Origin: Lytechinus pictus
Lineage: Eukaryota
Direction of reading: 5' to 3'
Assembly: GCF_037042905.1 (NCBI RefSeq)
Contig: NC_087251.1
Span: forward strand, 15,254,001-15,318,000
DNA: 64,000 nucleotides
Shown here: in pieces, positions 1 through 14,100 of the stretch
Numbering within the stretch: the stretch's first letter is position 1
Layout of the letters: every line of letters starts with the position of its first letter
Notes under the pieces: generated by a model
Databases searched by the model: none
Seen by the model: only the letters and a program-made list of their open reading frames with translations
Told to the model about the DNA's origin: nothing
Made by a program: the position numbers and the translations under genes

Positions 1-269
1 AAATTTACTGGCAATTTGGAATCACAGCAATTGTCTCTTTCTTCTGGAAAGACATGAAAAAACATTTATTTAAGATGTATTATTAAATTGACCAAGTCAT
101 TTTAGTTATGTGAGTATATTTTGTGCATCTCTGATCTCATGAATTCACCTGCAAAAAGCACATCCATTTCAACTGTATTTGGTGAAGAATGGGTGACTTT
201 GCTGTGACTTGATGAATGGTTTGTTATTGAATCTAATTTTCTTGTCTATTAATATATTTCCTTTCTTAG

Positions 270-345
270 ATATTTCTGGTCCTTTGCGGATAGGTTACTA
301 CAAATTGCTGCATGCCCTTCATCTCCAAACCCATTTCAGTGCTAG
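270..345 (+). CDS. RyR: RyR exon ([18 protein letters not shown])
   Basis: ttcttag/gtaag; matches RyR GPLRxGyY motif. Confidence 0.9.
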
Positions 346-2064
346 GTAAGATTGAAAATCCTTTTTTGGGCAGTTTTACAAAAGTGTCGCACCTCTTAGA
401 AGCCTGAAAATACCTGGGGCTTGGGCAACTTGATCACAAACTGTAAGGAGAAAGTTGTTTGACAGCTACCTTAAAAAGGGTTCAATTCAAAATACAATTT
501 GGTATGAAAAGGTGTAGAAAAAGTTGTTTTTCTCGTAGGCTGTCAATTGCGTATATCTCATAAAAAACAATGTTAATCCTATAATGCTTGGTGATTTTGG
601 TCGTCCGATAAGTAAGAGTCGGTTGACTCACACAATATTGTTTTCATTTAAGTGTAAAAATATGTGCCAAAAGTGATGTGGTGTCTCGATACACCTCAGC
701 TCTCATGCAAGTCATAATATGACACTTGCATTTGCATTATTATTTTATATTTCTTGATGAGTACATGTTTAATCTATGTACAGATGTATCAATGTAACCT
801 GTAATGCATTGTTTGATGTTAGAGGGGTATTTTTTTCTTATTGTTTATTTGTTCCACAATTGAACATCATTTTAAGCTTTGTGTATACGCATAAAATGCT
901 ATTAAAGGCCAAGTCCACCCCAGGAAAATGCTGACTTGAATAAATAGAGAAAAATCAAACTAGCATAGTGCTGAAAATTTCATCAAAATCGGATTTAAAA
1001 TAACAAAGTTATTACATTGTAAAGTTTCGCTTATTTTTCACAAAACAGTGATATGCACAACTAGGTGAGTCGGTCGATGATGTCCATCACTCACTATTTC
1101 TTTTGTTTTTTATTGTTTGAATTATACAATATTTCATTTTTTATAGATTTGACAATAAGGACCAACTTGACTGAACCATATAGTATTAAACAATGCTAAT
1201 TCTACATGTTCAGGGAGGAATTAATCGTTGTATCACTTGACAATGAGGAGAAAATTAGAATATTTCATATTTAATATAATAAAATACAAAAGAAATAGTG
1301 AGTGGATGATGTCATAGTCTCCTCATTTGCATACCAGCCAGGATGTGCATATAACTGTTTTGTGAAATTAAGCGAAACTTAAGAATGTCATAACTTTCTT
1401 ATTTTACATCCGATTTTGATGAAATTTTCAGTGTTATGCTTGTTGGATTTTTCTCTTTTTATTCAAATCAACTTTTTGTTGGGGTGGACTTGTCCTTTAA
1501 TATTTTTCTACTTTATTTTTGCTATGGATCCGATTTTGCTATGGATGAATATATGTGATTCATTATAATCAAATGTGGTCTTTTTTCATCTGCATTCAGG
1601 TTAAAAACTCAAGATGAGTTTATCATCCCCCTAATGACTGGTCCCAAGCCTGTAGATGAAGAATTGGACATTTCTAGTTGTATGTCCATCAAACGAGCCT
1701 TGAGTACCACCAAGAGTGTCTCCATCAGACCACAACTTAATATAGGACCATCAGCAGACAGGTAAGAGTTGTAGACTATGTTTCTGCCTGCTACCAAAAA
1801 TATAGACCAAAATATAGAGGAGGAATATAGACATCATCCTCTCTCTTATCTCATTCCATGACAGACAGTTGTAATAATAATTTCTCTTATTCTTACTTTC
1901 TTTTTTTTATGAGTGAGCATGTACTTGTACGTGTATTTCAGTACAGCAGTGATATGATGTATGAAACCACAGTAGAGGGTTTTTTTTTCTTAGTGGTAGT
2001 AGTAGTGGTAGTCGTAATAATAGTAGCCGTACTAGTAGTAATATTAGTAGTAGAAGTAGTAGTG

Positions 2065-2161
<97 letters not shown>

Positions 2162-5100
2162 GTAGTAAAAGTAGGAGGAGGAGGAGGAAGACAAGTAGGA
2201 GTAGGAGAAGATTACTGGAAAATATGAAATGTACTATGAAATTGTAATACAGGTATTTTGTTGTTGTTATATTGAAAGATTTGTCACCTTTCTCTTTCCT
2301 TTTCTATTATATAGTTGTAATGTTACTACATGTATGTATTTGCTTCTCTTCTACTTTCCTCCTACCATCCTTACCTCCCCTATGCAGTAGTCATCAGAGC
2401 TTTGGTCAGAGTATCAAGGCATCAGAGCAAGCTCCTCCAAGCTTCAACCTCAAGGTGCTCAAGCAGCATGTCATAACGTCGTTGGGTGAGGCAGTGGAAC
2501 ACGGTGTGTCCCACTGTCGAGATCCCATCGGTGGCAACTATAATAACCTCTTTGTGTAAGTTTTAATCACTTCCTATGATGTCAGCAGAAGTATGATCAT
2601 GCTTAACCATGAATATTTGGGCCTTAATTCAATTATTATTATAATTAATCATTGTCAGAATAATTTTCAACAAATCTTTCATAATAATATTCACTGAAAT
2701 TATAAGTCATTGCATTGCATTATAGATTTTCCAAATTTTATAGCATCAAATCAATCTTTGAAACAGAGAAGATACAGATAAATGATAGGAATATGAATCC
2801 AATTCATATTGACTCGCAAACTATTTCTTCAATAATTGTTTGTGTTAATTAATATGTTCATACATATAAACCTTCATATTGGTTCTTATCATTTTGTTCT
2901 CTATATCTTTTTACAGGCCTTTGTTACAATTATGTGATGCTCTTCTTGTTATCGGTAAGTGTGAACGATTGTTTTTTTTTTTTTTTTTTTTAAATCATGT
3001 CCAGGAAATCTTTTTTGTAAAAAAACCCTTCTTTTTTTATTGTCAGAAAACATCCTTCATAAAACTGCACCAGAAAATCAAAATGTTTCATATCTCTCTG
3101 TTCAAATTGCAATCGGCAGTGAGAATTAACAAGTCAATTTGAAGGGAATGGTTCAAACAATATCTTCACCTACAACCTAACCCATTGTGCTGTTCCCTTG
3201 TTATTTTACAGGAGAGTTTGACGATGATGACTTGAAGAGTCTTCTTATTCTCATTGATCCTGCTACATTCGATGAAACATACAAAAAAGGTATGTAACCA
3301 TTTAAAAAATATATGTATCTACAGTGGTGGACCGTGACCCGAAGGAGACAAATGATTGGAGTGGCACTGTATTCTTTGTGAACAATGCTGTGCCCCTACA
3401 ATGCTTTGTCTCCTCTGGGTCACGGTACGCCACTGTGTATTTAGATTTTTCATATGTTGAAATATGTATAATTATGCAGTAGTAACTTGTGCCATTTAAT
3501 TAGCAGTTGTATGTAAATTTAGGAGAAGTAGAATATCAAGATGTAAAAACAATAAGATTGAATATGGTTTGTCTGTTTATCTTATTTTGTGCACTTCTTG
3601 AAGGAAGACAACATTTCAAAGATAGATGTAAAGTTAGTAAATTCATTTGATTCAATTTAAATGAATCCAGTATGATATAAGTTATAATTCTTTCTGAAGT
3701 GTGAGTGACACCATTGTATAGTATTAGCTGCACGTTGATTGATGTGCTTTTTTAAGATAGTCAATCTAACTTGAACAGATTTGAATTGAACAAATTGATT
3801 TAATTTGATTTTATTTGATTCGATCCAATTTGATTTGTCAGGTGTAAGTGATACAGTTGGAATGCTTCAGATGCATCTGGATGAGCCTGTCAAGCTTGCT
3901 ATGTGCTTCCTACTCCAACATCTCTGTGACAGTCAGCTTAGGCATCGGGTTGAATCAATCATCAACTTCTCTGATGACTTTGTAGAAGAATGCCAAGCAG
4001 TGAGTACCTAAGTCCTTGTTTCCAGTCAATACTTAAAAAAAACATTCCCAATTCCATTTGGAGACTTTTTTGTATGAGAAATTTTGATCAAATGAAAATG
4101 GAAAAGATGATTAGGATGCTACCTTACTTAGCCAACTTAGCCAAATTTATTTATGAATGCTCCTCCTGCTGAGAGATATGTCAGGAAATGATTGAGGTAT
4201 TGCATTGACATTAGTGTAAAGGTTGTTCTTCCTTATTTTTCTTTATATCCCAGCAATCCTTAAATTGTGCTAATAGACTTCAAGTCTAAGTCTTGTATTT
4301 TTTAAGTTTCAATGTACTTTAAATTCATCCAAAGAAAACTGTAATTTCCCCATAATCATTTAATAATGAGTACATGAGCACAATAAGTTTCCATTTATGA
4401 ATATTCCATGAGGGTGGCTTGTATGATATAAACCAATTTATAACTTTAATGGGTTATATAAAAGAATAATATACATGTAGGAGCTTATGGTATTTTCATT
4501 GTTTATAATGTTTCTTCATATTTTCTTTTCTCTCCTCCCAGGATCAACTGAGAAGATTCTTAGAAGTTAGAAACACTGACATGCCTCCTGTCATAGCGGC
4601 CAAGAAAACCAGAGAATTCAGATCTACCCCTCAAGAGCAGGTAATGATGACAACCATTTTTCAAGATTTATTTGGTGCTTAATATGACAGTGCTGGCAAT
4701 ATAAGTGGTTTAATTTCAATTACAACTCATTGAAAATCCATGTAAAAGGTACAATTATTCAATATTTGAAATGTATTTCACACTGTTAGTCTGTAACCAA
4801 AGAGAAGGTTTGCTGATTTTTCATTAATTGTTATAAATCAAGTAATTTTGCATCAGTGGTCCCATTGCTAAAAAACGAATGTTGTTTGGTATAAATTGCC
4901 ACCACTAAATGTATCATAAATTAACATCAATGTTAAATCAGATGTTTACTTGTTACAGATAGTCCATGCAAAATGCCTGTGGGTATTACAATTTTCAGTA
5001 GTTACCAAATTGGGTTAGGTTGTAGATTATATTTATATTGTAACCATAAACAGATTAGGACTTTATTAAAGGAGAAATATATTGATTATGAATATGGCCT

Positions 5101-8100
5101 TATTATATATCAGTGGAAAGGTCATGATGTGGGGATTATCATTTGGTCATTCAAAAATAACGAAAGTAATACATAAGGTGGAAATCGCCAATTAAAAAGC
5201 GCTAAAATGCCTCTCCGAAATACGCCTCCCATCGGTCTCTGAATTGACTCAAATTTTATGACGTGTATGAGTGTACGAGAGACGTGATTGGCTCTCCCAC
5301 GTCAAGCTCCACTTGCATGCAAAACCTGTTGCGAGGGTACGTTTTCTCCACACTGTCACTGAATACTTCGATCACGTAATGAAAGAAAACCCAGAAGTTT
5401 ATCTAGATTTTGGATTTTAAATTGATGATTTTGAAGATGAAGATGAAGAGAATGATGATGAAGTTTCTAGCTCTATAGTGACGTGGATGGAGGTAAATTA
5501 GGGGAATTACGTCTATGATGATGAGTCGGACAATTCAACTTGCATGCCGATTCACTACCAACTCATGCAGCTGCTAGTGCTAGCTGCACGTAGGCCTACT
5601 GCGGGCCAAAATAAATCCATGAAAATTCCAGCCTGACCATCCATACAGAGTCTCTTCCCTCTGTCAAGGCTCTAAAGAAGGAAATTAATGATATAACTGT
5701 ACTTACAAACAAGTGAATATATCCGAATCTGAAGGCAAATCAACTCAACGAATAGCAGCAGACGATATTCACCGATGATAAAGTTCACGTGGCTGGGATA
5801 AATTGTCACTCGTTCTGTTAGATATAATTTCTATCTCATTATTTTGACAAAATTAAGAAACTCGGGAATTATTTATCTATATAAAAATATAGTAACACCT
5901 CGTACTATTTTTAAATTACAATAAAACCTTTTTTGAAGCAAAAAGTTGAGGTAAATTAGAATAGATGTAAAAGATCATCCCCAACATGCGTAGCTGGTAT
6001 GTGATTGTAAACAAACCTTCACAAACACACATTGCTTGCTTGGCTGAGAGAGTAGATGCACGTGTTGCACAGCTCTCAATCAGCATTTTGGATGGTTTGT
6101 TTACAATCACATACGAGCTGTGCATGTTGGGGATGATCTTTTACATCTAATTTTAATTTACCTCAACTTTTTGCTTCAAAAAAGGTTTTATCGTAATTTA
6201 AAAATAGTACGAGGTGTTACTATATTTTTATATAGATAAATAATTCCCAGAGTTTCGTAATTTTGTCAAAATAATGAGGTAGAAATTATATCTAACAGAA
6301 CGAGTGACAATTTATCTCAGCCACGTGAACCCGGCACGTGAAGTTTATCGTCGGTAAATATCGTCTGCTGCTATTCGTTGAGTTGATTTGCCTTCAGATT
6401 CGGATATATTCACTTGTTTGTAAGTACAGTAATATCATTACTTTCCTTCTTTAGAGCCTTGACAGAGGGAAGAGAGTCTGTATGGATGGTCAGGCTGGAA
6501 TTTTCATGGATTTATTTTGGCCCGCGGTAGGCCTACGTGCAGCTAGCACTAGCAGCTGCATGAGTTGGTAGCGAAACGGCATGCAAGTTGAATTGTCCGA
6601 CTCATCATCATAGACGTAATTTCCCTAATTTACCTCCATCCACGTCTCTAAAGCTAGAAAATTCTCTTCATCTTCAAAATCATCAATTTGAAAATCCAAA
6701 ATCTAGTTAAACTTCTGGGTTTTCTTTCATTTCGTGATCGAAGTATTCAGTGACAGTGTGGAGAAAACGTACCCTCTCAACAGGTTTTGCATGCAAGTGG
6801 AGCTTGACGTGGGAGAGCCAATCACGTCTCTCGTACACTTATACACATCATCAAAAAAACCCAATTTCGCGGACGTAATCGAGCGTGTTTGAAGCATATT
6901 CAGACAGAGAACTTTAAACTATCAATTAAGTGAGTTTCATCGGTCTCCATGATAGATGATGTACACCATCGTGTTCTTCTTATTTTCCCCTTTAATTTGA
7001 TATATAATTCTTCATTTTTATGATTTTCAATATATTTCTACTTTAAGGAAAAAGAAGTATAGAACTCCTTTCAGGTATATAACTGATTGCCTGAACCTGG
7101 AATAAAGAACACCAAACAATATCAAATTACCAAAACATTACATACAAACAGTTTATTCTCATCATGATTGAGAAAAATATCAAAAGTTTTCAAAACTACC
7201 AATTAATTCAAGATTAGCTAATTCACCACAATGATAAAGTAAGTCCATTATGAAATCTTCACCCCACCATGCCCCTTTCCTCCTCCCTAGATGCGGATGC
7301 TACTGAACTTCAAGGAAGGTGATGATGGGATGTGTCCTTGCCGGGAGGATCTTCGGTCGGTCCTACAGGAGTTCCATTCCACCTTGGCCAAGCACTGTGG
7401 TGTGCATGAGACCCAAGAGGAGAGGAACAACGATGGTGGAGGGGTAATCAGACGGTTCCTCTCATGGTTGTCTGGTAGGAGGAAAGATGCCAGTCCTGTA
7501 GGGGCCATCACGCAGGAAAAGTTCTCAAGTGGTAAGATATTATTTCATTTCATAAATTGGTTCAGTCCTGGGAAGCGTTTCATGAAAGTAGTCGGCATTG
7601 ACATTATTGTCTGCTTGGACGATTTCAGTGATATCCTTTGTTTTTATTGGCTGAGAAGTTCCAATCTCAGACTGTTACTATGGTAAAGGTCAGAGAATGA
7701 CAATTTGTCAGTGCTGACAAGCTTCATGACATTATGCTCTGGATGTGAACAATAGCACAAACGATGCAAATCATATTACGTGAACAGAGCTTGCCAGTAT
7801 AACTTGAGTCCCTGTGAGCCTGGGTAATTGAAACATGTTAAATACAAACAACAAGATTGAATCATGTCAATTGTAGCATGACTAGAATGAAATCGACAGT
7901 GACTTTAACTAATTTGAATATTCCCTTTTTTGTTTTTTTGCATTTAATATGAGATTACTAAAGTATGAGCATTTTAGTCATTTATATGATGACTTTGTAT
8001 TAAATTATAATCATAATAATAGCGCTTAACACTTACTTGATCAATCTACAGTAATGCAGCATTATTACCCTGGCTTTAGCAAAGCAGCTGTTATATGGGC

Positions 8101-11100
8101 TGCGTTTCAAGGAAAAATACCTGCCAGGTACCCATTTACCTCACCTGGGTTGAGTGCAGCACATTGTGGATCAATTTCTTGCTGAAGGAAACTACACCAT
8201 GGCTGGGATTTGAACCCATGACCCTCAGTTTCAAAGTCCGGAGACTAATCCACTGGGCCACGATGCTCCTCATCTGTAGAGTCATAGAGACATCCGCAAG
8301 AAGAATATTGTTTTATTTCCCTACATATTATATCATATTTTCTTGCATGTATTTGAAGGAAAATGATTTCCAAACATTTATGCACTCTGTATACGTATTT
8401 TCAGCTGGGAAGTTGATGTAGATTCAATCAATAGCAATTGAACTCCCCATGAAATGAAATAAAAAGGAGAGAATTCCTTTTCCATACATTTGTTCTCTCT
8501 TTCTATTTGATCACATCTAGGGCCCATAGAAGAGAGTTGCATAATTTTGATTCTGATTGGTTGAAAATCAAGTTACGATTCAATTTTGAAGTTGCATTTG
8601 ATTGTTATTCTTTGTGCACCAGGTTCCTGGAATATAGATAAAGATTCATGTAGTTTTATGCAGTGTTATTCTGCTACATGTACATGTATGATGCATGACC
8701 TTTACAGAAGGAAAAAAAAACTATCCCTTTCATCATCTCTTTTTCTCTTGTCTTGTCTTGTCTTAGACTCCCTTTCCCATCTAATCTCCAACACAATGAT
8801 CAAATGGGCTGAAGAGAAGCATATTGAGGACCCTACCTTGGTGAGAGAGATGTTCAATCTATTACATCGTCAGTATGATGGAGTAGGAGAGGTAAGAATA
8901 TTCACTTCTTTCATGAGATCGATTATGATATATTGTTGGGACACTTTTTTTCACATTGCCAAGGAATTCTTGGACAAACTTACTATTCCCTGGTACACTT
9001 TAGTAGGAGGTGGATTGACACTAATGTGCTCTGGAATATGATTTTCTAAAGTAATTTTAAGTCTACCTAAAAAAAAAATCAAAGTGTTTGAAAAAAAAAT
9101 CTATTTAAAGCTAACGTAATTGTGTTATTAAACTATTGGGTATCAGAAAGTAAAAGTAGATTTTATTTCATATAATAGTCTAACTTCAATTTCAAGTTCA
9201 GTTAAAATTCCAAATCATCTTTCAGTTACCTTTATGTTTCATGAATTGAAACAAATATTAAATTCATGCATTGTAACAACGACTGAATAAGATATCAATG
9301 TCAGTATTTCTTGATGTTGTTGACTTGATTGTTTGCAAAAGCTGTCATTGATAAAGTGATATTTCCAGTCACTCAGAGCTCAGCTAGTATAATTGTTACT
9401 AATTGTATCTCCTTACAGCTTTGCCGTGCCTTGCAGAAATCTTACGTCGTAAGCAGCAATCAGTGTGATGACATCGTTCACCTCTTGACCTCGCTAGGTC
9501 AGATCAGGTCATTGCTGACCGTTCAGATGGGATCAGTAGAAGAGGAAGCACTCATTAAACATCTCTGGTAAGTTAAATGAAGGACTTGGTCTGTCTTATT
9601 GAAGTTTTGCGTGATGAAGTACATTATTTTGAAAGCAATCTGAACAAAGTGTATCTTATTAATACAAACATACATGGAGCCTCAGCCCAAAGATCTGTAA
9701 ATTCTAGAAATTGTTGTATTTCAAATCAAGACTTCATAGCTTGCTTAACTATTGGTCATGTCTTTGTGGTGGGGATAAAATATTTAGATAAGTCTAATGT
9801 AAAAAAATATTTGAAGACATACTAAAATTATTAATTGTATCTTTATTGCAACACTTCTTTCATTTATTTTTTTATTTGAAGACTTTCTCAAGTGTGTTTG
9901 AGTCAGTAGGTAAACTTGAATTTGGTGCAGTACAATTTCTTTCATAATTGTATCCACATCATTTCAAGATGATTTTTCATGATGTTATCATATAGGGAGT
10001 TGACGGACAACAAGGTATTCTACCAGCATCCAGACCTTATGAGGGCTTTGTGTGTCCACGAGACTGTCATGAATGTGATGGTCAATGTTCTTGAGAAGCA
10101 TCAGACGTCCATCCAACTTACCAGTGATCAGGAGGCCGAGTCCGCTGCCCAGAGCCAGGGAGGGGCTGCAGCAAGCACAGCAGCCACACCCAAATCACAG
10201 GTAAGGAATGAAATGTGTAGATCAGAGCTGGTTGCTCATCAAGGTGGGGTGTCTTTAAGCCCTGTAATGATACAATCAATCTTAAAGTCATCACGCTTAG
10301 TTCCGTTGAGGCCATCGTATTAATGTTACGATTGATGATAAGTGTATCTTTTGTGTGTTACAGGGATTTTCAATGGTGCTTTGCTGGAAAGACAAATATT
10401 ATTCAGTGGTCCTGTGGCCCCACGTGTCAAACTCTTTAATGTGGATGGTCTATGGGTATGGAAGGGGTGTGTGAATCATAGACTCTCTTTGGATGTTTAA
10501 GTTGGCTATTACTTTATCATGCATTTCATATCTCTGCATTGAACGGTGTTCCTTACGAAATTATTCATGTTTATTTGAGCATGCTAGTAGAGCAGAATTA
10601 TTTCCTTAAGATAAGCAAAATTTAAAAGAATAATTAAGTCTTCCATCATATTTTTTAATTTTGTTTTTCAGGTTGAAACTAAACAAACTATTAAAAAATA
10701 TATCTGAATACCTAAAATGTACTCATGGCATCTGGATGTAAGTCTGTGTATGTACTAGGGTTTTTGGAATATCAGCTTGTCTGATTATAAAATTAATTGT
10801 ATTTATACAATGTAGTTCTTTTCTTGGTCTCAGATTTGTTTTAAAGCTCTTATTTGGGTTAATAAAATTTAACAATATGTTTGTTTTGGGGTCTCCAGTA
10901 ATTTCATTCTGCTTCGGTTGCATTGAATAAACAACAAGTTTTGAAATAATATCCTCAAAAGTCAAACCCATCTATTGCTGATATTCCCCTCCCCCTCCCC
11001 CAAATGAAACCCCCTTCCCTGACAGGAATCTGATTTCAACCGTGAGCTAATCACCGCCTGCTCGCGCTTCCTCAGCTACTTTTGCCGTGTCAGCCGTCGA

Positions 11101-14100
11101 AACCAGATGGCCAGTTTCGATCACATCACTTACTTTTTAGAGCAGAGCGACATTGGACTTTGTAAGTGCTTGCAAAGATCGGAATGACAATGGAAATTTA
11201 CCATAAACAAACTCAAATTGCCTTGCAAGAGTTCACCGCTAACAAGAAATGGACTGTTCCGATCAGTTGTCTTGCCTGCAGACTGTGAGGGCGTCCTAAT
11301 TTTATATTTTGTGGTTGTTTTTTTTTTCACCCCTCACACTTGATGCATGCCTGGGTTGAATTCATATCAAAACTCACTGCATCATATTAATTGAACACAC
11401 TAATCATAGAAAATAGATTGCATTGGTAACTCAGATTTTTTGTTTATGTATAGTTATGTAGCCATTTGTAACAATAACATTTACACATTAATACCATAAG
11501 TAGTGGATAGGAATCTTAAAATTCTTAGATATTATTCTTTGTATTAATATAAATTGAAAGTATCAAATCGGTAAATTTTTAACAATAAAACTTTGCCTGA
11601 ACATCTTCATATTACATTATACACTTATTCATTTGTCATTTTCTAAATTGTTACCAAATTACCTTTGACACATAGTAATCAATTCTTGTAATTTAAACCA
11701 TTGCACAATATACACGCTGGAGTATTTTTTTAAGGATTTGTATTCAGTTAGGTCATGACAAATTATCTTGATGATTTGTTATAATAAATGTAAAATTTTA
11801 TTCTGACCATTTATTAATTAGTTTAATAGGGCTAATGAGTCAATTCTGAATTTTTCTTTCAAATCAAGTATCCGTACATCCATATTCTTTTCATTTATTT
11901 TCATTTGTTTGACAGGTACTCTATTTGATACATGTATATGAATTTCAATACTATAATCTTCCTTTGAAATTGATTTGATTATGCACAATAATGATAATTC
12001 AAAGATGGTGTAAAGTTTTGAGGAAGTGTCAATCCTCATTCAAATATGATGCAGCAGAGCTCAGCAATGTTTTTTGTACTGTTCAGATAAGGTAAGACAA
12101 GTCACACCAATTATTAATGCACTGTATATGCTTCAAGTCTTTAAGAAATAGTCCAAAATTGCACAAGAAAAGCCATGACATTATAATGGTTCTTCTTGGT
12201 ATCATGACCTAAAAATTATTTCATTATTTCACCATCAGTCATGTTGAAGGATGTCGGTGTTTTTACTCATGAGTATGCAACTTTGGACATATTTCACAAT
12301 TCAATAGCGCTTAACTTCAGAAGAATTTGATCGATCCCTAGTTGCTTGTTACATTGGAACAAAATAAATGACTCCTTTCCAACATATTTTTAAGGCTTCA
12401 GTGACTTTGTACACAGAAACTTTGCTTAGCTCTTTTGTGACATGTTTGAATGAGCCTATACACAGGCCAAACTTCCTATTCCGACTTACATTGGTTTGAT
12501 ACAGGTATATGGGTTGATGATATTTTGGGTTGTCAGCATGCTTAGTTTTTTATTGACATAGTTAATAGAATAAATGGAGAGAATGAACATTGCTGTGGTT
12601 TATGTTTATATAGAGTGATCTACATATGAAGCATGTTAGGATGAGAGTGTTAATGTGTTAATCCATTTTGTCATTCAACTATGCACAAATTTCATGAATA
12701 TGAGTATCAAATTAAAGTAATTGTTAACAATTCTAATCCTCCTTAAAAAAGTACATCTTCAAAATTTATATAAACAAGTCTCCATTAGGTGCTCTTTAAC
12801 GTTATAATATGAAAAGAGATACATTTTACGAGCTTCTTTTTAAGACTTGTATTCTCAAATGGATACAATGATAGGAAAGATAAAGAGAAATAGCCGATTA
12901 TCATATTCACTGAATGTATGTATTTGTCGGGTTTGGTTTTCCTCTTATCACCATCTAATATTGCAGGCATTCACCTTTGCAATGTTTGATCAATTTCACA
13001 TCCTACAAACCATGCATTTTCACCAAGTAAAGGTGAAAGCAAGCTCATGGGGAGTGTTTCATCAACCTTTTTGGCTGACAAGTCAGATCTGACAACATTC
13101 CTGATTTTGATTGGCTGAGAAGCACTGTTACAATGGTAACTGTCGGATATAACAGGACTAGTCAGACAAGTGTTTGACAAGTCCTTTTAAGAAATGTTCC
13201 CCTGATCACATTGCAGCATTACAAAGGTGAATGCACTGTGACCTATGGTGACCTTTAACCTCACACCTCCTACCCTTCTACCCATGTTTTTTTTTATTAA
13301 CCCTTTGAAGCAGATGTGCGTTTACAGGTTCCTGGCCCGCCAGGCCCGGATGTGCCGTTCCGAGGACAGGTTTGCCCGTGAGCTCATCGCCAGCTGCTGC
13401 CGATTCCTCTGCTACTTCTGCCGCACCAGCCGGCAGAATCAGAGGGCGCTGTTTGATAAACTCCTCTACCTCCTTGATCACGGCTTCATAGGGCTGTGTG
13501 AGTAGACAAATGATTCTCATCATTGTCTTGAAGGTTCTGATGATGCCGACTCTCTTCTGTATTTAAGTCAATAAGCAGTGTATTCTCTGGCAACAATTGC
13601 CCTTTGGATAATGGGTCCCCAATATATGAAAATTTCTCAATATGGCAGATTCTTCAATGATGAAAGTCACTTAAAAATATATGATCGGCATAATGCTGAT
13701 CATAAAAATAGACAGTCAATACTATGAACCTTTGCAAGCAAGTGTATATTATTTGCTATGTCCATTACACAACTTGCTGAACTATAGTTGAGTTTCCATT
13801 TGATATTTCAAACATTGTCATTAATTTGTGTGTAAAGAAATAGTATGAAGCCTGTGAAAATTCAACTTGATTCTTGTAAATAATGTTGAAGATAAATATA
13901 ATAGTGATAATTATGATGAAAGGATCATTCTTGTTCAGCACATCACAAAATTAAAATTGTTGAATCATGCACAAATTGAATTCAACCCTTACATGTACTT
14001 GGCATGGTGTGCAGATGTATTTTTCCCAAAATGAAATAATGCTTGTTAATTTTACCAATGGTTTTTTTTTCACCATGGGAAGGAGAGCTCTATGTTTCAT

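Noticed and set aside
1858..2247. Poly-Val/Ala and poly-Leu ORFs
   Set aside because: Translations of an intronic trinucleotide microsatellite.
8195..8269. tRNA-like sequence on the minus strand
   Set aside because: It continues into a body shared with other dispersed copies, so it is a SINE head rather than a tRNA gene.
13328..13343. tacag acceptor for exon B at 13328
   Set aside because: Wrong phase for joining the phase-0 donor at 10200.
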